From assembly GCA_005223125.1 (NCBI GenBank), contig NJBH01000006.1:46316-110315 (forward strand): a stretch of DNA of 64,000 bases, read 5' to 3'. Shown here piece by piece: positions 1 to 10,402 of the stretch. The DNA comes from Promethearchaeota archaeon Loki_b32 (GTDB taxonomy: Archaea; Asgardarchaeota; Lokiarchaeia; Sigyniarchaeales; SOKP01). The first letter of the stretch is position 1. Each line of letters starts with the position of its first letter. A program made the translations under genes and the position numbers. The notes below the pieces were generated by a model that was given only the letters and a program-made list of their open reading frames with translations, had not been told where the DNA came from and searched no databases.

Positions 1-14
1 TAGGATATTTTCCA

Positions 15-374
15 ATGATTATAGATGAAGATGTAGTTGGTAACATTACATTCATACATCAAAATTCAGGCAAAACTTACACTTTTAACTATACTATTAT
101 TGGATATTTAATGTATCAGAAAATGATATTTGATACAAGGATATGGTCTATGAACCCCGGTAAATATAATGTATCATGGGATAATAATTATAACCGATAT
201 GAATACTATTTCACAACATATGGATTATTTAATTTTTTTCCTAATGAGGATAAATATCCTACTAATATGGAAACAATTATGTTAATTGTTTCAATTTTTG
301 GTTTAGTAGCGCTTTTAATTGGGGCAATAAAAAAATACCATAAAACAAAACGAGATTATGCTTACTATAAATAG
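15..374 (+). CDS. hypothetical protein with C-terminal TM anchor; reading frame is open to the window edge, so it may be 5'-truncated
   Basis: ORF track; hydrophobic IMLIVSIFGLVALLIGAI near the C-terminus; no stop between position 3 and the ATG at 15 in this frame; no recognisable catalytic motif. Confidence 0.3.
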   Translation: MIIDEDVVGNITFIHQNSGKTYTFNYTIIGYLMYQKMIFDTRIWSMNPGKYNVSWDNNYNRYEYYFTTYGLFNFFPNEDKYPTNMETIMLIVSIFGLVALLIGAIKKYHKTKRDYAYYK

Positions 375-413
375 TTATTCTATAATTGTTTTATTTAATT
401 ATTAAATAATTTT

Positions 414-1547
414 CTATTTTCTTATTGACTCTAAAATATAATCAGTTATATATTTACTTTCTTTGTCCATTTGATTCTTATAATTAACATATCTAAAATT
501 AAAAACGCATAAAGGACAAGAGGACACAATTTCTTTTGTATCAATATTATTGAATAATTCTTTACCTATTTTAATACAAATGCTACTATCAACACCTCTA
601 ATTCCGGAACCTGATCCACAACAAGGAGATTCTTCTGGATTTGTAGTTAATTCTTTAAATTCTAACCCACATTTCTTTAAAAGCTCTCGAGGTTCAGAGT
701 AAAGAAGACCACTTTTATATTTTCTCCCAACTCGGCAAGGATCATGATAGGTAATTGGTTTATTCAACGGTTTTAAAGTAATTTTTCCTTCTTTTTCTAA
801 ATCATAAATAACATCAATAATATGTCTCACATTTACTTCAAAATCCTTAAAATATTTCCTGTAAACTTTGTAAAAGGCATATAAACATCCACCACATGTA
901 ACAATTAAGTTCTTTACTCCGATTTTTTTAAAGAGTTCAATGTTTTCCTGAAAAATCTTTTTAGCAACATCAAGATTTCCAGCGGAATATACATATTCTC
1001 CACAACATGGTTCCTTTTCTAAAATTTTAAAGTTATAACCAGCAAGTATTAAAATTTTATAGGGAGTAAGAGCACTTTCTTTCACACGAAACGAAGACAT
1101 GCATCCTAAAAATAACAGAGTATCTGAATCTTTCTTTTCAAATAATTCTTTTGTTTTATAACTTTCAGGTAACCAATTTAATCTCTCTTCTGGGTTTCCA
1201 CCAACAGAGTTGTCTTTTTCTATAATTCCTCTTATGATTTTATTGTGTATTTCTAGTGGTGCTTTATTTTCTTCTACAAGTCTAACTTTAGATGAATGAA
1301 TAATTTCCGATATTTGAATTTCTTGTTGACAAGTTAAATCACATAATGCACATAATGTACAAGTATATAGACTAATGCGTTCTTCTTCTGAGATCTGATT
1401 ATTAGAAAAAACTTTTTCAGCTATTTTTAATCTTCCGTTAGGTGATTTTAATTCATCGTTAGTAACCATGTAAGTGTCGCATATTTCCATACAATCCTTA
1501 CAGTCTATACATGAATTTATTTCGGTTAATAATTTATTAACGTCCAT
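414..1547 (-). CDS. (Fe-S)-binding oxidoreductase, HdrD/GlpC-like (2x[4Fe-4S] plus two CCG domains)
   Basis: CIDCKDCMEIC and CTLCALCDLTC (CxxCxxCxxxC) at the N-terminus; CCG-domain signatures EPCCGEY and SPCCGSGSG, plus TCGGC and SSCPLC. Confidence 0.75.
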   Translation of the reverse strand: MDVNKLLTEINSCIDCKDCMEICDTYMVTNDELKSPNGRLKIAEKVFSNNQISEEERISLYTCTLCALCDLTCQQEIQISEIIHSSKVRLVEENKAPLEIHNKIIRGIIEKDNSVGGNPEERLNWLPESYKTKELFEKKDSDTLLFLGCMSSFRVKESALTPYKILILAGYNFKILEKEPCCGEYVYSAGNLDVAKKIFQENIELFKKIGVKNLIVTCGGCLYAFYKVYRKYFKDFEVNVRHIIDVIYDLEKEGKITLKPLNKPITYHDPCRVGRKYKSGLLYSEPRELLKKCGLEFKELTTNPEESPCCGSGSGIRGVDSSICIKIGKELFNNIDTKEIVSSCPLCVFNFRYVNYKNQMDKESKYITDYILESIRK

Positions 1548-1676
1548 TTCAATATCATTTATCTTAATATTAGATTATATACTAATTTTTCTAACTTATA
1601 ATGACCAAATTTATATTAATCGCTTTATAAAAATAAGTAAATAGATTGAAAACATATAAATAATTCGGGAATTTTT

Positions 1677-4064
1677 ATGAAAAGGGTAGTAATAGTTGGA
1701 GGAGTTGCAGGCGGAGCTTCTGCAGCTGCTAGATTAAGACGTTTAAAGGAAGATTTTGAAATTATAATGTTGGATAAAGGTCCATATGTCTCATTTGCAA
1801 ATTGTGGATTATCTTATTATGTGGGGAATATAATAAAGGATCGTGAGTCTTTAGAGTTAGTTACACCAGAAAGCTTTCTTGAAAGATTCAATATTGATGT
1901 TAGGGTTAATAGTGAGGCCACTTTAATTGATAAAGTAAATAAACGAATCAAAGTAAAAGATTTAAGACAAAATAATGTGTACACTCTTGAATATGATTAT
2001 TTAATCTTAGCAACAGGGTCAAAACCAATAGTACCTCCATTTGTAGGGCTTGAATATGTTCCTTATTTTACGGTATGGACTATTCCTGATGCTGTAAAAA
2101 TAAGAGATTATGTTGAAAAATATCATATAAAAAACGCAGTTATCGTTGGTGGTGGTTTTATTGGATTAGAAATGGCAGAAAACTTAGTAGAGAAAGGAGT
2201 GAAAGTAAAAATTGTTGAAATGCGGAATCAAGTTATGCCTCCAATTGATAAAGAAATAGCACAATTTATTCATCAAGAATTATTACTGAATGGAGTTTGT
2301 CTTGTTTTAGAAGATCCAGTAGATTCCTTCGGGAGGACAGAAAAAGATAAGCCGTTTGTTAAGACAAAAAGTGGTCGAATAATAGAAACAGATTTAATTA
2401 TTTTATCTATTGGTATTAGACCAGAAAGTACTTTAGCTAAAAATACTGATTTAGACTTGACAGAGAGAGGATATGTTATTGTTAATAACAAAATGCAGAC
2501 TTCTGATCCGAATATTTATGCTGTAGGTGATATAGTTCAAGTTCAACATTTTCAAACTAAAAAGCCGATATCAATAGCTTTAGCAGGCCCAGCAAATAAA
2601 CAAGGTAGAATAGCAGCAGATAATATTGCTGGAAGAAATTCTGAATATAAGGGTGTTATGGGAGCATCCGTTGTTAAGGTTTTCGATGTAACAGTCGCGT
2701 CTGTGGGTTTAACAGAAAAACAATTAAAAAATTTAGAAATCAATTATAATAAAATATATATTCACCCTAATAATCATGCAGGGTACTATCCTGGAGCTAT
2801 CCCTATAACACTCAAATTAATTTTTGAAGTTCCTAGTGGTAAAATTCTTGGGGCTCAAGCTGTTGGAGGACCAGGTACAGAAAAAAGAATTGATGTCATC
2901 TCCGCTGTAATCAAATTTGATGGCACCGTATTTGATTTGGAAGAATTAGAATTAACTTATGCCCCTCCATATGGTTCTGCAAAAGATCCGGTTAATATGG
3001 CTGGATTCGTTGCAGCTAATTATCTTAGAGAGGATATGCCCATTTGGCACTGGCATGAATTAACTAATGTGAAAACTAACGGTGCACTTTTATTAGATGT
3101 TAGAACAAAAGAAGAATTTGCTGCTAGAACCATTGATGGCTCATTAAATATTCCAATTGAGGAACTCAGAAAGCGATTAGATGAAATTCCTAAGGATCAA
3201 TCAATATATGTTTACTGCGAAGTTGGATATAGGAGTTATTTAGCATTGAGAATTCTACTGCAAAGTGGGTTTAATGAAGTCTATGAATTAACTGGGGGGT
3301 TTAAAATTTTCGAGATGGCAAATGCTACTACAGAAGAAATAATGGCTGCCTGTGGTGGTTCCGAGTATGTTATTGAAGAATTTGTTCATGAAAAAGCTAC
3401 TGAAAGTGAAGATTATATAGAAGTCGATGCGTGTGGATTATCTTGTCCAGGTCCTCTCAATGCATTAATTAAGTCTCTTGATACTTTACCTGAAAATAAA
3501 AAATTAAAGATTTACACCACTGACCCGGGATTTAAATCTAGTGTTGAGGCATATTCTAAACTAAATGATGCTGTAAAATTGTTAAGTTTAGGAAAAGAAC
3601 GAGGCAAATTAGTCGCTACTTTAATAAAAATCCAACCCACAGTGGAAATAATAACACCTGTTAAAAAGAAATCCAGAAAAGAATTAAGATCTCCGGATGC
3701 ACCTTCAATTTCAGATATTAACGCTGATGAACTATTTGAGCGCATTAGTACTGAGGATGAGCCACCACTTATGATTGATGTTCGAACGCCTCAAGAATAT
3801 AATGGGCAACATGGTTATATAAAAAATACGAAATTAATTCCTTTAGGTGAATTATTAAATAATCCAGATGCCATAAAAGATTATAAAAGTGAAGAAATCA
3901 TAGCAATTTGTCACTCTGGTTCGCGTTCGATGATGGCAGCTCAAATTTTAGCTCAAGCGGGATTTAAAGATATTAGAAATTTAACTGGTGGAATGATGGC
4001 GTGGCATAGAAAAGGTTTTCCTGTGGAGTTAAAAATAAGAGGAATGACAGAAACTTATTATTAA
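1677..4064 (+). CDS. CoA-disulfide/persulfide reductase-like flavoprotein fused to rhodanese, TusA/SirA-like and a second rhodanese domain
   Basis: GGVAGGASAA FAD loop; SFANCGLSYY redox Cys typical of CoADR/Nox; GGGFIGLE NAD loop; rhodanese loops CEVGYRS and CHSGSRS; TusA-type CGLSCPGPL. Confidence 0.8.
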   Translation: MKRVVIVGGVAGGASAAARLRRLKEDFEIIMLDKGPYVSFANCGLSYYVGNIIKDRESLELVTPESFLERFNIDVRVNSEATLIDKVNKRIKVKDLRQNNVYTLEYDYLILATGSKPIVPPFVGLEYVPYFTVWTIPDAVKIRDYVEKYHIKNAVIVGGGFIGLEMAENLVEKGVKVKIVEMRNQVMPPIDKEIAQFIHQELLLNGVCLVLEDPVDSFGRTEKDKPFVKTKSGRIIETDLIILSIGIRPESTLAKNTDLDLTERGYVIVNNKMQTSDPNIYAVGDIVQVQHFQTKKPISIALAGPANKQGRIAADNIAGRNSEYKGVMGASVVKVFDVTVASVGLTEKQLKNLEINYNKIYIHPNNHAGYYPGAIPITLKLIFEVPSGKILGAQAVGGPGTEKRIDVISAVIKFDGTVFDLEELELTYAPPYGSAKDPVNMAGFVAANYLREDMPIWHWHELTNVKTNGALLLDVRTKEEFAARTIDGSLNIPIEELRKRLDEIPKDQSIYVYCEVGYRSYLALRILLQSGFNEVYELTGGFKIFEMANATTEEIMAACGGSEYVIEEFVHEKATESEDYIEVDACGLSCPGPLNALIKSLDTLPENKKLKIYTTDPGFKSSVEAYSKLNDAVKLLSLGKERGKLVATLIKIQPTVEIITPVKKKSRKELRSPDAPSISDINADELFERISTEDEPPLMIDVRTPQEYNGQHGYIKNTKLIPLGELLNNPDAIKDYKSEEIIAICHSGSRSMMAAQILAQAGFKDIRNLTGGMMAWHRKGFPVELKIRGMTETYY

Positions 4065-4175
4065 TCTAATCTCCTTTAGATTTTTCTTTAAATTATAAGT
4101 AAAAAAGTTAAAAAAAAGGCGAAATAATATAAATCCAGATATATTCATATATAACGAATTTCCAATTTATAAAAT

Positions 4176-4181
4176 GGAGGT
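4176..4181 (+). promoter_or_regulatory. Shine-Dalgarno-like GGAGGT 8 nt upstream of the rubrerythrin ATG
   Basis: aaaatGGAGGTtaaaaactATG read directly from the sequence. Confidence 0.5.
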
Positions 4182-4189
4182 TAAAAACT

Positions 4190-4780
4190 ATGAAAGAAAC
4201 TGCTAAAAAATTATATACTGCATATGTTGGAGAATCACAAGCTAGAAATAGATACAATTATTTTTCTAAAATTGCTAAAAAAGAAGGATATGCAATTATA
4301 TCTAAAATTTTTGACGAGACATCGGATCAAGAGAAAGAACATGGCAGCTGGTTTTATAAAATGCTACAACAGTTCAAAAAAGAAGAACCATTTGATGAAA
4401 TGAAAGTACTTCCCGATGCAGCATTTCCAACAACCCATGGAACCACAATTGAAAATTTAAAATCTGCAATAGCAGGAGAAGACTTGGAATGGCAAACACT
4501 TTATCCTGATATCGCTGAAACGGCAGAAAAAGAGGGGTATCCTGATATTGCGACAAGAGTACGTGCAATCATGGTTGCTGAAAAACATCATTCAGAACGA
4601 TATGGGAAACTCTTGAAATTAGTTGGTGATGATGCATTCTTCAAACGTGGATCAAAAGTCGTTTGGATATGCATGGAATGTGGTTATGAAGTAGAAATGG
4701 ATGAATTACCCAAAGATTTTGTATGTCCAAGTTGTTCACATCCCCGAGCATATTACAAAAAGAAAAGTGAGGATTTCTAA
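4190..4780 (+). CDS. rbr: rubrerythrin
   Basis: Diiron ligand pattern E...EKEH...E...EKHH in a ferritin-like domain, plus C-terminal rubredoxin-like CMECGY...CPSCSHP. Confidence 0.9.
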   Translation: MKETAKKLYTAYVGESQARNRYNYFSKIAKKEGYAIISKIFDETSDQEKEHGSWFYKMLQQFKKEEPFDEMKVLPDAAFPTTHGTTIENLKSAIAGEDLEWQTLYPDIAETAEKEGYPDIATRVRAIMVAEKHHSERYGKLLKLVGDDAFFKRGSKVVWICMECGYEVEMDELPKDFVCPSCSHPRAYYKKKSEDF

Positions 4781-4871
4781 GAATACCAATGAATTTTTAA
4801 TTTAAAATCAAAATGATTAAATATTAAATTAAATGATTTAAAAAACAAAAAAATAGAATATGTGAAGAAAA

Positions 4872-5258
4872 ATGAAACAGAAAGAGATTTATAAATGCAC
4901 AATATGCGGAAAGGTAATAGAAATATTGAATCCAGGTGTTCCCGAAACAATCTGTTGCGGTCAGCCAATGAAACTTATGGAGGAACAAACTGCTGAATGG
5001 AAATCAGAGAAACATGTTCCCAAGATTACGATTGATGGTAATAAGGTTACTGTTGATGTTGGAATCTCAATGGGAACACCTCATCCTATGACTGATGAGC
5101 ACTACATTATGTGGATTGAAATAATTTGTAAAGATGGATGTTACGAAAGAAGGTTTTTAAAGCCTGGAGCCGAACCTAAAGCAACCTTTACTGTTGCTAG
5201 TCCAGAAGGACTCTGGGCACGAGAATATTGTAATCTCCACTTCTTATGGAAAAGTTAA
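4872..5258 (+). CDS. dfx: desulfoferrodoxin (2Fe superoxide reductase)
   Basis: N-terminal desulforedoxin-like CTICG...CCGQPM; EKHVPKI; HPMTDEHYIMWIE; CNLHFLW centre II ligands. Confidence 0.85.
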   Translation: MKQKEIYKCTICGKVIEILNPGVPETICCGQPMKLMEEQTAEWKSEKHVPKITIDGNKVTVDVGISMGTPHPMTDEHYIMWIEIICKDGCYERRFLKPGAEPKATFTVASPEGLWAREYCNLHFLWKS

Positions 5259-5381
5259 ATTTGAAATCAATTATTTTTCTTTTTTTTTTATTTATTTGCT
5301 TTAAAATAATGAAATTTTAAGAGTTTAAAACACATTTAGTAATATCAAAATCAATTAAACAATGCTTATTCAAAAGTAATA

Positions 5382-6737
5382 ATGAATATCTTTTTACAAT
5401 TATTTGTAATCTTCTGTTTTGGTATTGTTATTGTAGCACTTTTTCGTGAAAAGACTGATTTTTTAACTTATAGTGTAGTAGCTATGCTAGCAGCAGCTAC
5501 AGCTACATTCCTTTTTACTCCAGAGCCTTTTTCTATTGAAGAATTTATTTTAGCAATAGAATGGCCTGTTATTTTTTTCTTAATTTCTTTATTTACAATT
5601 GTTGTTATTTTAGAAGAACAGCTTATTTTTCAAGAAATTGCATTGAGAATAACAAAGAAATTCCATACAAACACCCGAAAGTTTTTTTGGGTAATTTGTT
5701 TAATTTCAACCTTAAGTGCGGCTTTTATTGAAGATGTTTCAGTGGCAATTATATTTATTCCTATGATTATTAGTACAAGTGAAAAAATGAGAATTAATCC
5801 TACACCAATACTTCTCGGAATGACAATATGTATTAATCTTGCCTCAACTCTGACCCCTTTTGGGTCAGCTGAGAATATTTTAATAGCAAATAGATTTAAT
5901 CTTTCAGCAACCTGGTTTTTTAGGAATCTAGCAGTTTATTTTATTATCGGTACTTTACTAACTTTATTTCTTTTGGACTATTTTGTTCTCAGAAAGCATT
6001 TAAATGATATTTGGGTTCCCCATTGTGAGGAATATAATGAACCTCTAGAAAATCAACATATAGAAGAACATGAGTTAGTGATTCTTGAAGATTCAATTAA
6101 TCATAAGGTTTTTTATCGTAATTTAGGGATGTTATTTATATTTTTTATATTGTTAATTATTATTCCAGATATCTTATTTGTTGGGCTTTTAGGAATGCTA
6201 TTATTTGTATTTATTAATCCGCGTAGAGATGAAGCGGGTAAGAAGAAACCAGATATATCATATTATTTTACGAAAGTAGATTTTAAATTACCATTCTTTT
6301 TTATTAGTCTATTTGTTCTTGTATTTTGTTTTGAGAAAGTAGGTTTGATTAATATTATTGAACATTTCGTTATATCAATTACTCCAAGTAATCTGTTTTT
6401 ATTAAGTATTTCAATATTAATTATTACATCACTTCTATCAGGCTTTCTCGATAATGTTCCAGTGACTGTTCTTTTCATACCGATTATGCAAGTTTTAATA
6501 AGCACTGGTTTTTCATCAGTCCCGCTTTTAATTGCTTTCATTTTAGGGATAAATTTAGGTGGCAATTTTCTACCTCAGGGTAGTGCTGCAGATATGATGA
6601 CATTAGATTTATCAACTAAATATTGTGTTGAAGGAATGAATTATAAGAAACTGTTAAAAATAGGAGGATTATTTGCCTTCTTGCATATAATTTTAGGAAT
6701 TGCATATCTTGCAATTATAATTTTTATATTCTTTTGA
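5382..6737 (+). CDS. ArsB/NhaD/SLC13-type (CitMHS-like) ion permease
   Basis: Polytopic membrane protein with a central hydrophilic loop; clear paralog of 42541..43836 (shared AFIEDxS, LTPxxS, GGNFLPQGSAxD segments). Confidence 0.6.
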   Translation: MNIFLQLFVIFCFGIVIVALFREKTDFLTYSVVAMLAAATATFLFTPEPFSIEEFILAIEWPVIFFLISLFTIVVILEEQLIFQEIALRITKKFHTNTRKFFWVICLISTLSAAFIEDVSVAIIFIPMIISTSEKMRINPTPILLGMTICINLASTLTPFGSAENILIANRFNLSATWFFRNLAVYFIIGTLLTLFLLDYFVLRKHLNDIWVPHCEEYNEPLENQHIEEHELVILEDSINHKVFYRNLGMLFIFFILLIIIPDILFVGLLGMLLFVFINPRRDEAGKKKPDISYYFTKVDFKLPFFFISLFVLVFCFEKVGLINIIEHFVISITPSNLFLLSISILIITSLLSGFLDNVPVTVLFIPIMQVLISTGFSSVPLLIAFILGINLGGNFLPQGSAADMMTLDLSTKYCVEGMNYKKLLKIGGLFAFLHIILGIAYLAIIIFIFF

Positions 6738-6781
6738 GTTTAAATTATCCCTAGATGAAAAAAGGGTGAGTTTAATAAAAA

Positions 6782-7330
6782 ATGACCAAAAATAAAGCAA
6801 TTATTTTGGATAGGGATGGTGTGTTAATTGAAGATAAAGATTACGCTTATAAGATTGAAGATTTTGAATTGTTACCTGGTGTAATTGATGGGTTAAAATT
6901 ACTTAATAAAAAATTTCTCTTTTTTATAGTAACAAATCAATCAGGTATAGGGAGAGGCTATTATACTATTGAAGATTTCCATAATTTTAATAATTATTTA
7001 ATAGAGATATTAAAACAGAAAAAAATTGAAATTCTAAAAACTTATTTTTGTCCTCATATAAGAGAGGATAACTGTGATTGTAGGAAACCAAAAACAAAAT
7101 TTGTTGATGAAATTACTAAGGAATTTAATGTTGACATGAAAAGATCATGGATGATTGGTGATCATCCATCAGACATACAGTTTGGAATAAATGCAGGTTG
7201 TAAAACAATTTTTCTCACTACTGGGCACGGTGACAAACACATTGATGAATTAGAAACAGTGAAAATTAAGCCAACCATGATATGTAATAATTTCTTTATA
7301 GCAGCAAAAGAAATTATGAGAAGGCTATAA
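6782..7330 (+). CDS. HAD-IIIA phosphatase, GmhB / histidinol-phosphatase-like
   Basis: DRDGVLIED, TNQSGIGRGYY, zinc-loop CPH...CDCRKPK, GDHPSDIQFGINAGC. Confidence 0.75.
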   Translation: MTKNKAIILDRDGVLIEDKDYAYKIEDFELLPGVIDGLKLLNKKFLFFIVTNQSGIGRGYYTIEDFHNFNNYLIEILKQKKIEILKTYFCPHIREDNCDCRKPKTKFVDEITKEFNVDMKRSWMIGDHPSDIQFGINAGCKTIFLTTGHGDKHIDELETVKIKPTMICNNFFIAAKEIMRRL

Positions 7331-7480
7331 ATGAAGTAAATTTACTTTAGTGAATTGTTTGGTAATTAATTTTTATAATCGATATTATAAAACTTACTAT
7401 GACTTTCTAAACAAGAAAAAACAAAATCAGTTAATAATTAAAAAATAATAAGGAAAGAAAATTAAGATTGTTCTAAAATT

Positions 7481-8659
7481 TTAAGTACGTTTTTTTCCAA
7501 GGTAAGGCATTGCATGCTCATATCTTTTCATGACAAATCGAGAAATCACAATTCTTTGAATTTCACTTGTACCTTCATATATTTGGTATAATTTTGCATC
7601 TCTAAATAGTTTTTCAACAGGATATGTTCTCAAGTAACCATAGCCTCCAAAGATTTGTACTGCTTCTGTTGTAACGTTCATAGCAACGTCCGAAGCAAAA
7701 GCTTTGGCTATTGCGGAACTCAAATTATTATCCATACCTTGATCAGCTTCCCAAGCTGCTTTATATGTTAATAAACGTGCGGCTTCAATATCTTTATACA
7801 TATTGGCTATTTTTTCTTGAATTACTTGATAATTTCCAATTGGTCTTCCAAAAGTTTCTCTCTTTTGGGCATAATCGATAGAATATTCCATTGCAGAACG
7901 AGCACATCCAACTGCAAATGCACCAATTGCTGGACGTGTGTGAGCAAAAGTTTGCATACCTAAGACAAATCCTCGTCCTGGTTTGGCAAGAACATTTTCT
8001 TTAGGGATTCTCACATCTTTTAAACCAATTGATACAGTATTTGATGATCTCTGACCTAATTTAGGAATATGCTTACCCAATTTTACTCCTTCGTATTTAG
8101 TATCTACTATAAAAGCAGCAATCCCTTTATGTTTTTTCTCGGGATCAACCGTTGCAAATACAGTAATATAATCAGCATATCCCCCGTTAGTAATCCAAAA
8201 CTTATTTCCATTTAATATGTATTCATCTCCATCTTTTTCTGCCTTACATTTCATTCCTGCGACGTCAGACCCCATCGTTGGTTCAGACGTTGCAAAAGCA
8301 ATCAGTTTAAACTCATTAACTAATTCCGATAATATCCTTTGCTTTTGTTCTTCATTTCCACCAATAACTATTGGTTCAGCACCAAGATTATTATCAAAAA
8401 TAGAAGTAGCAATACCTGGACATGCAGATGAGATTTCCTCAACGACAATACAGGAGTTTACTAAACCAAAACCAGGACCCCCATACTGTTTAGGGATTCC
8501 TAAATTTAATAAATTTTCTTCCCAGGCTTTTTTTATAACAGGCAAAGGAAATTCTTCAGATTCATCATATTTCCTTGCAACTGGTAATACTTCTCTGATA
8601 GCAAACTCTCTTGCTTTTTTCTGTAGAGCCTTTTGTTCTTCTGAAAGTAAAAAATCCAT
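7481..8659 (-). CDS. acyl-CoA dehydrogenase (short/butyryl-chain-like)
   Basis: TEPTMGSDVAG, KFWITNGG and YEGTSEIQRIVISR, canonical ACAD segments. Confidence 0.9.
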   Translation of the reverse strand: MDFLLSEEQKALQKKAREFAIREVLPVARKYDESEEFPLPVIKKAWEENLLNLGIPKQYGGPGFGLVNSCIVVEEISSACPGIATSIFDNNLGAEPIVIGGNEEQKQRILSELVNEFKLIAFATSEPTMGSDVAGMKCKAEKDGDEYILNGNKFWITNGGYADYITVFATVDPEKKHKGIAAFIVDTKYEGVKLGKHIPKLGQRSSNTVSIGLKDVRIPKENVLAKPGRGFVLGMQTFAHTRPAIGAFAVGCARSAMEYSIDYAQKRETFGRPIGNYQVIQEKIANMYKDIEAARLLTYKAAWEADQGMDNNLSSAIAKAFASDVAMNVTTEAVQIFGGYGYLRTYPVEKLFRDAKLYQIYEGTSEIQRIVISRFVMKRYEHAMPYLGKKRT

Positions 8660-8663
8660 AATT

Positions 8664-9869
8664 TTAACCCATTTTTTTAATTAATTTATCTACAATTTCC
8701 TTAAAGTTTAAATCCTCTGGTTTAGGAACAAACTTAATTTCTATAGTTTCTTCCATAACATCTATCTTAGCGGCTTTCATTTGTTCAACAATTTCTTTTA
8801 CCGCACCTCCGCCCCATCCAAATGAACCAAATGCTAAGCCAACCTTATTCATAGGTTTTAAGCCCTTTTGATAAGATAAATATTCTGCTACAGTTGGATA
8901 TAACCCGTTATTTAGGGTAGGACTTCCCACTAAGATAGCTCTTGTCTTCATAGCTTCTGTTATTACATCTGAATAATCAGCACTAGTTAATCTATACCTT
9001 TTTACCGAAATTCCTCTATGTTTTATCTCTTCTGTTAAGGCTTTAGCAATTTTAGCGGTACTCTCCCACATTGTGTCATAAACAATTAGAACACTATTCT
9101 CATCAATTTCTCCTTTACACCATTTAGTATATTTTTCAATTATTTCTGGAATATGACTTCTCCAGCATATGCCATGAGATGTACAAATGATTTCAATTGG
9201 TAACGCTCCAACCTTGGGTAATGTTTTTACTATTAATCCAGAAAGATGAAGTAGAATATTAGCATAATACTTTTCTGCTTCTTGAAAAACCTCAGTTAAA
9301 TCATTTTCATCATCCCAACGCTTAGATGTTGCATAATGTTGTCCAAAAGCATCATTTGAAAATAAGACATTTTTACCATTATCATCTGTCATAAAGGAAA
9401 CCATCGAATCAGGCCAGTGAATCATCGGTATAGGCACAAACGTAAATTTTTTACCATTACCTATCTCTAAAGTATCTCCTTCATTAACAGCTCTAATTTT
9501 ATTAAACAATTCTTCTTCAACTTCCCCATGATAATGGGCTTTTAAAATATCAACTCCTCTCTTCGAAGCAATTAATTCTGCATTTGGTAGATGTTTAAGA
9601 ATTAATGGAAATGAACCAGAATGATCCATCTCAACATGATCCATAATTAAGTAATCAATCTCAAAAGGATCGCACACATCTTTAATGCTTTTTAGAAAAT
9701 ATTCAAAGTATGGACGCTTAACTGTATCAATTAGCACGGTTTTCTCTCCTTTTACAATATATGCATTATAAGAACTACCTCGATTAGTCGAGTACCCATG
9801 GAAATTCCTTACTTCCCAATCCACATAGCCAACATAATAGATGTCTTTCATCAATTCTAAATGTGTCAT
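8664..9869 (-). CDS. fprA: flavodiiron protein (rubredoxin:O2/NO oxidoreductase, FprA/ROO type)
   Basis: Metallo-beta-lactamase-like domain with HVEMDH (HxExDH) diiron motif, followed by a C-terminal flavodoxin-like domain (LVGSPTLNNG). Confidence 0.9.
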   Translation of the reverse strand: MTHLELMKDIYYVGYVDWEVRNFHGYSTNRGSSYNAYIVKGEKTVLIDTVKRPYFEYFLKSIKDVCDPFEIDYLIMDHVEMDHSGSFPLILKHLPNAELIASKRGVDILKAHYHGEVEEELFNKIRAVNEGDTLEIGNGKKFTFVPIPMIHWPDSMVSFMTDDNGKNVLFSNDAFGQHYATSKRWDDENDLTEVFQEAEKYYANILLHLSGLIVKTLPKVGALPIEIICTSHGICWRSHIPEIIEKYTKWCKGEIDENSVLIVYDTMWESTAKIAKALTEEIKHRGISVKRYRLTSADYSDVITEAMKTRAILVGSPTLNNGLYPTVAEYLSYQKGLKPMNKVGLAFGSFGWGGGAVKEIVEQMKAAKIDVMEETIEIKFVPKPEDLNFKEIVDKLIKKMG

Positions 9870-10013
9870 TTCAATTTCACCTCTATTTATTAGGATTTAA
9901 TTATTTCGTAATATTAATATAAATCAAGTTAAAAACTTATATTCTATTTAATATAAAATTTCTCAGAAATTAAGCAATAAAAAAAAAATTAAAAAGAAGT
10001 AAAATTTTTTTAG

Positions 10014-10160
10014 TTATTCAATTTTTTCAAACATATCCTTTCCTACACCACAGACTGGACAAGTCCAATCATCCGGTAAATCTTCAAATTTAGTTCCCTC
10101 AGCTTCCTCATCGTAGATATATCCACACGCGGTGCATTCCCATTTTCCCAAACTAAACAC
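10014..10160 (-). CDS. rub: rubredoxin (48 aa; absent from the ORF track because it is short and has a non-ATG start)
   Basis: Manual minus-strand translation: (V/M)[47 protein letters not shown]-stop. Classic CxxCG...CPxCG. GTG at 10160 is the first start after an in-frame TAA; TTG at 10151 is an alternative. Confidence 0.8.
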   Translation of the reverse strand: MFSLGKWECTACGYIYDEEAEGTKFEDLPDDWTCPVCGVGKDMFEKIE

Positions 10161-10402
10161 ATCCTTATAATTTTAAATTGAAGTAATTGACGTTATAGAT
10201 TGAAATTGAAAATATATTAAATATATTAATTTAATATTTTATAAATTAATCCAATTAGATTTAAGAAGCAATGAACCAATTCAAAATAATAATTAAAATC
10301 TGTTAAAAAAAATAAGGAATAAATAAAAAAAATTAGAGGTTAAGTTCTATAATTTTCTCTTGGTGTATCTTTTGCATCTATATATTGAAAATTTTTATCA
10401 AC

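Noticed and set aside
2273-3745. Three short minus-strand ORFs inside the CoADR fusion gene. Similar short antisense ORFs occur at 4374..4568, 4777..4968, 6263..6565, 11040..11492, 14022..14298, 15810..16064, 23119..23563, 27189..27386, 30404..30626, 30988..31275, 31567..31827, 33501..33698, 33974..34231, 38921..40333, 45732..45935, 50463..50657, 52642..52863, 56522..56704, 60852..61088, 61304..62601 and 63128..63349
   Set aside because: All are nested in, or antisense to, longer ORFs with clear family motifs, and none shows a recognisable motif of its own.
8217-8684. 155-aa plus-strand ORF
   Set aside because: It lies entirely antisense to the well-supported acyl-CoA dehydrogenase gene and has a low-complexity S/F/P-rich translation. 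This is a typical shadow ORF in AT-rich DNA.
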